In this document: positions 38,822 to 39,387 of the stretch, piece by piece | How positions within the stretch are numbered: position 1 is the first letter of the stretch | Layout: every line of letters starts with the position of its first letter | Virus record (IMG/VR): IMGVR_UViG_3300016474_000294 | Location: 1 to 39,387 of that record | From: a virus | Direction: 5' to 3' (one strand) | Length of the DNA: 39,387 nucleotides | Notes under the pieces: generated by a model | Database searches by the model: none | What the model was told of the DNA's origin: nothing | Seen by the model: the letters and a program-made list of their open reading frames with translations, nothing else | Program-made: the position numbers and the translations under genes

Positions 38822-39387
38822 GCTTCCCCCTTAATGCCGTGTGCGGCTTCGCATTCCAGCCATCCAAGTCTGAACATCTTGCGTTCAGCTTGCGTCATCT
38901 CGCATGGTGACTGGGGCGGCAGCGGCTTGCGTTGGTTCATCCCCGTTGACTTCTCGTAGTCCTCAAAGCACTCAGCCGAGTGCAGGTTGGGGTTGATGCT
39001 GCCGCAGTTGCGTCCGGCGCATGGTTGCATTTTTGGTTTTGAGCGTTCGACGGCTCTGGCGAAACCAACAATGTCTTGACAATCAACAACCCAAAACGAA
39101 TACAGTTCTTCAATTCGTTTTTCTGTCAGCGGCTTTTGGTGCGCCTGCTCGATTGCAGCGCGGAGTTCGTCAATCTCCTCCTGCATTCTCGCTTGGATCA
39201 TTCCATCGGTCACGATGCCGTTGTGATCGGGATGCTCCTCGCATCGTTGTTGCCATGTCCTGATCGTCTTGACACAAGGCTCCTGCTCCAACTGCGCCAG
39301 CCGCTTGCGCAGGGCGGCGATGAGTTTGCGCCACTGTTTGCTGGTCAGCCCTTCCTCCAGCGCCTCCAGCGCCTGCTGCATCAGTTC
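38818..39387 (-). CDS. Hypothetical early protein; the gene wraps the circular junction (true start equivalent to position 34)
   Basis: The MQQALEALEE... ORF continues upstream as MTDREL across the 22-nt overlap. Cys-containing C-terminal half. Confidence 0.65.
   Translation of the reverse strand, partial: ELMQQALEALEEGLTSKQWRKLIAALRKRLAQLEQEPCVKTIRTWQQRCEEHPDHNGIVTDGMIQARMQEEIDELRAAIEQAHQKPLTEKRIEELYSFWVVDCQDIVGFARAVERSKPKMQPCAGRNCGSINPNLHSAECFEDYEKSTGMNQRKPLPPQSPCEMTQAERKMFRLGWLECEAAHGIKGEA
39366..39387. repeat. Terminal overlap copy 2
   Basis: Identical to 1..22. Confidence 0.9.

Larger units (their letters stand above)
1..39387. mobile_element. Complete temperate phage genome, circularly closed (unique length about 39365 bp)
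   Basis: Integrase, excisionase and attP; cI/cro-like switch; replication module; terminase-to-lysis late operon. The first 22 nt equal the last 22 nt. Confidence 0.85.

Noticed and set aside
1-39387. CRISPR arrays, toxin-antitoxin pairs, restriction-modification or other recognisable defence cassettes, and a phage RNA polymerase.
   Set aside because: I saw no regularly spaced direct repeats and no methyltransferase, nuclease or ATPase defence signatures beyond the replication genes. No RNAP-sized ORF is present. The only repeats are the short regulatory ones listed.

Overview
The window is a complete, circularly closed genome of a GC-rich temperate phage, with a unique length of about 39,365 bp. 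Its first 22 nt are identical to its last 22 nt, and a minus-strand gene is reconstituted across that junction.

Layout:
- (a) A long leftward early operon runs from a cro-like gene (1993) across the junction and down to int (28581). It encodes Cro/YdaS-like HTH, RuvC-like resolvase, DUF3310, several small ORFs joined by ATGA overlaps, SNF2 helicase, a DUF2800 Cas4-like nuclease, a DUF2815 SSB-like protein, family-A DNA polymerase, a prim-pol/SF3 primase-helicase, excisionase, attP and a P4-type tyrosine integrase.
- (b) A rightward CI-like repressor gene (about 2152-2841) has no recognisable S24 autocleavage domain.
- (c) A leftward accessory operon (4859-3426) encodes a 74-aa protein, an ArdC-like ssDNA-binding metalloprotease, a Cys-rich protein and a 42-aa membrane peptide.
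- (d) A rightward late operon (5041-28574) carries terS and terL, then a T7-ordered virion module: portal, scaffold, capsid, decoration, gp11/gp12-like tail tube, a GNAT at the gp13 position, three internal virion proteins (one with an SLT domain) and fibres. A membrane-protein, holin and GH108 endolysin cassette follows, then two orphan genes.

No phage RNA polymerase, reverse transcriptase, CRISPR array or full tRNA is present.

attP contains the 3' 50 nt of a tRNA-Asn(GTT), flanked by four same-orientation CTGGAAGCA arm repeats.

Most interesting for follow-up:
- A 585-bp gene-free zone between convergent terminators holds an extreme AT island, helically phased GTGTTCT iterons and a perfect 17-bp tandem. 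It is a candidate ori for the P4-alpha-like primase-helicase.
- A genome-wide TTGCGAT motif network serves as the -35 of three well-formed leftward promoters and forms perfect 13-15 bp palindromes.
- The ArdC-like operon has a duplicated stop/RBS/start coupling cassette.
- A canonical G-quadruplex motif lies in an unusual terS-terL gap.
- A 10-bp long-range inverted repeat occludes the capsid Shine-Dalgarno.
- A cluster of four tiny membrane proteins sits ahead of the holin, with no recognisable spanins.
- An orphan beta-rich protein plus a DUF3008 gene sit at the very end of the late operon, next to int.

All functional calls come from motif recognition by eye. No database search was run.
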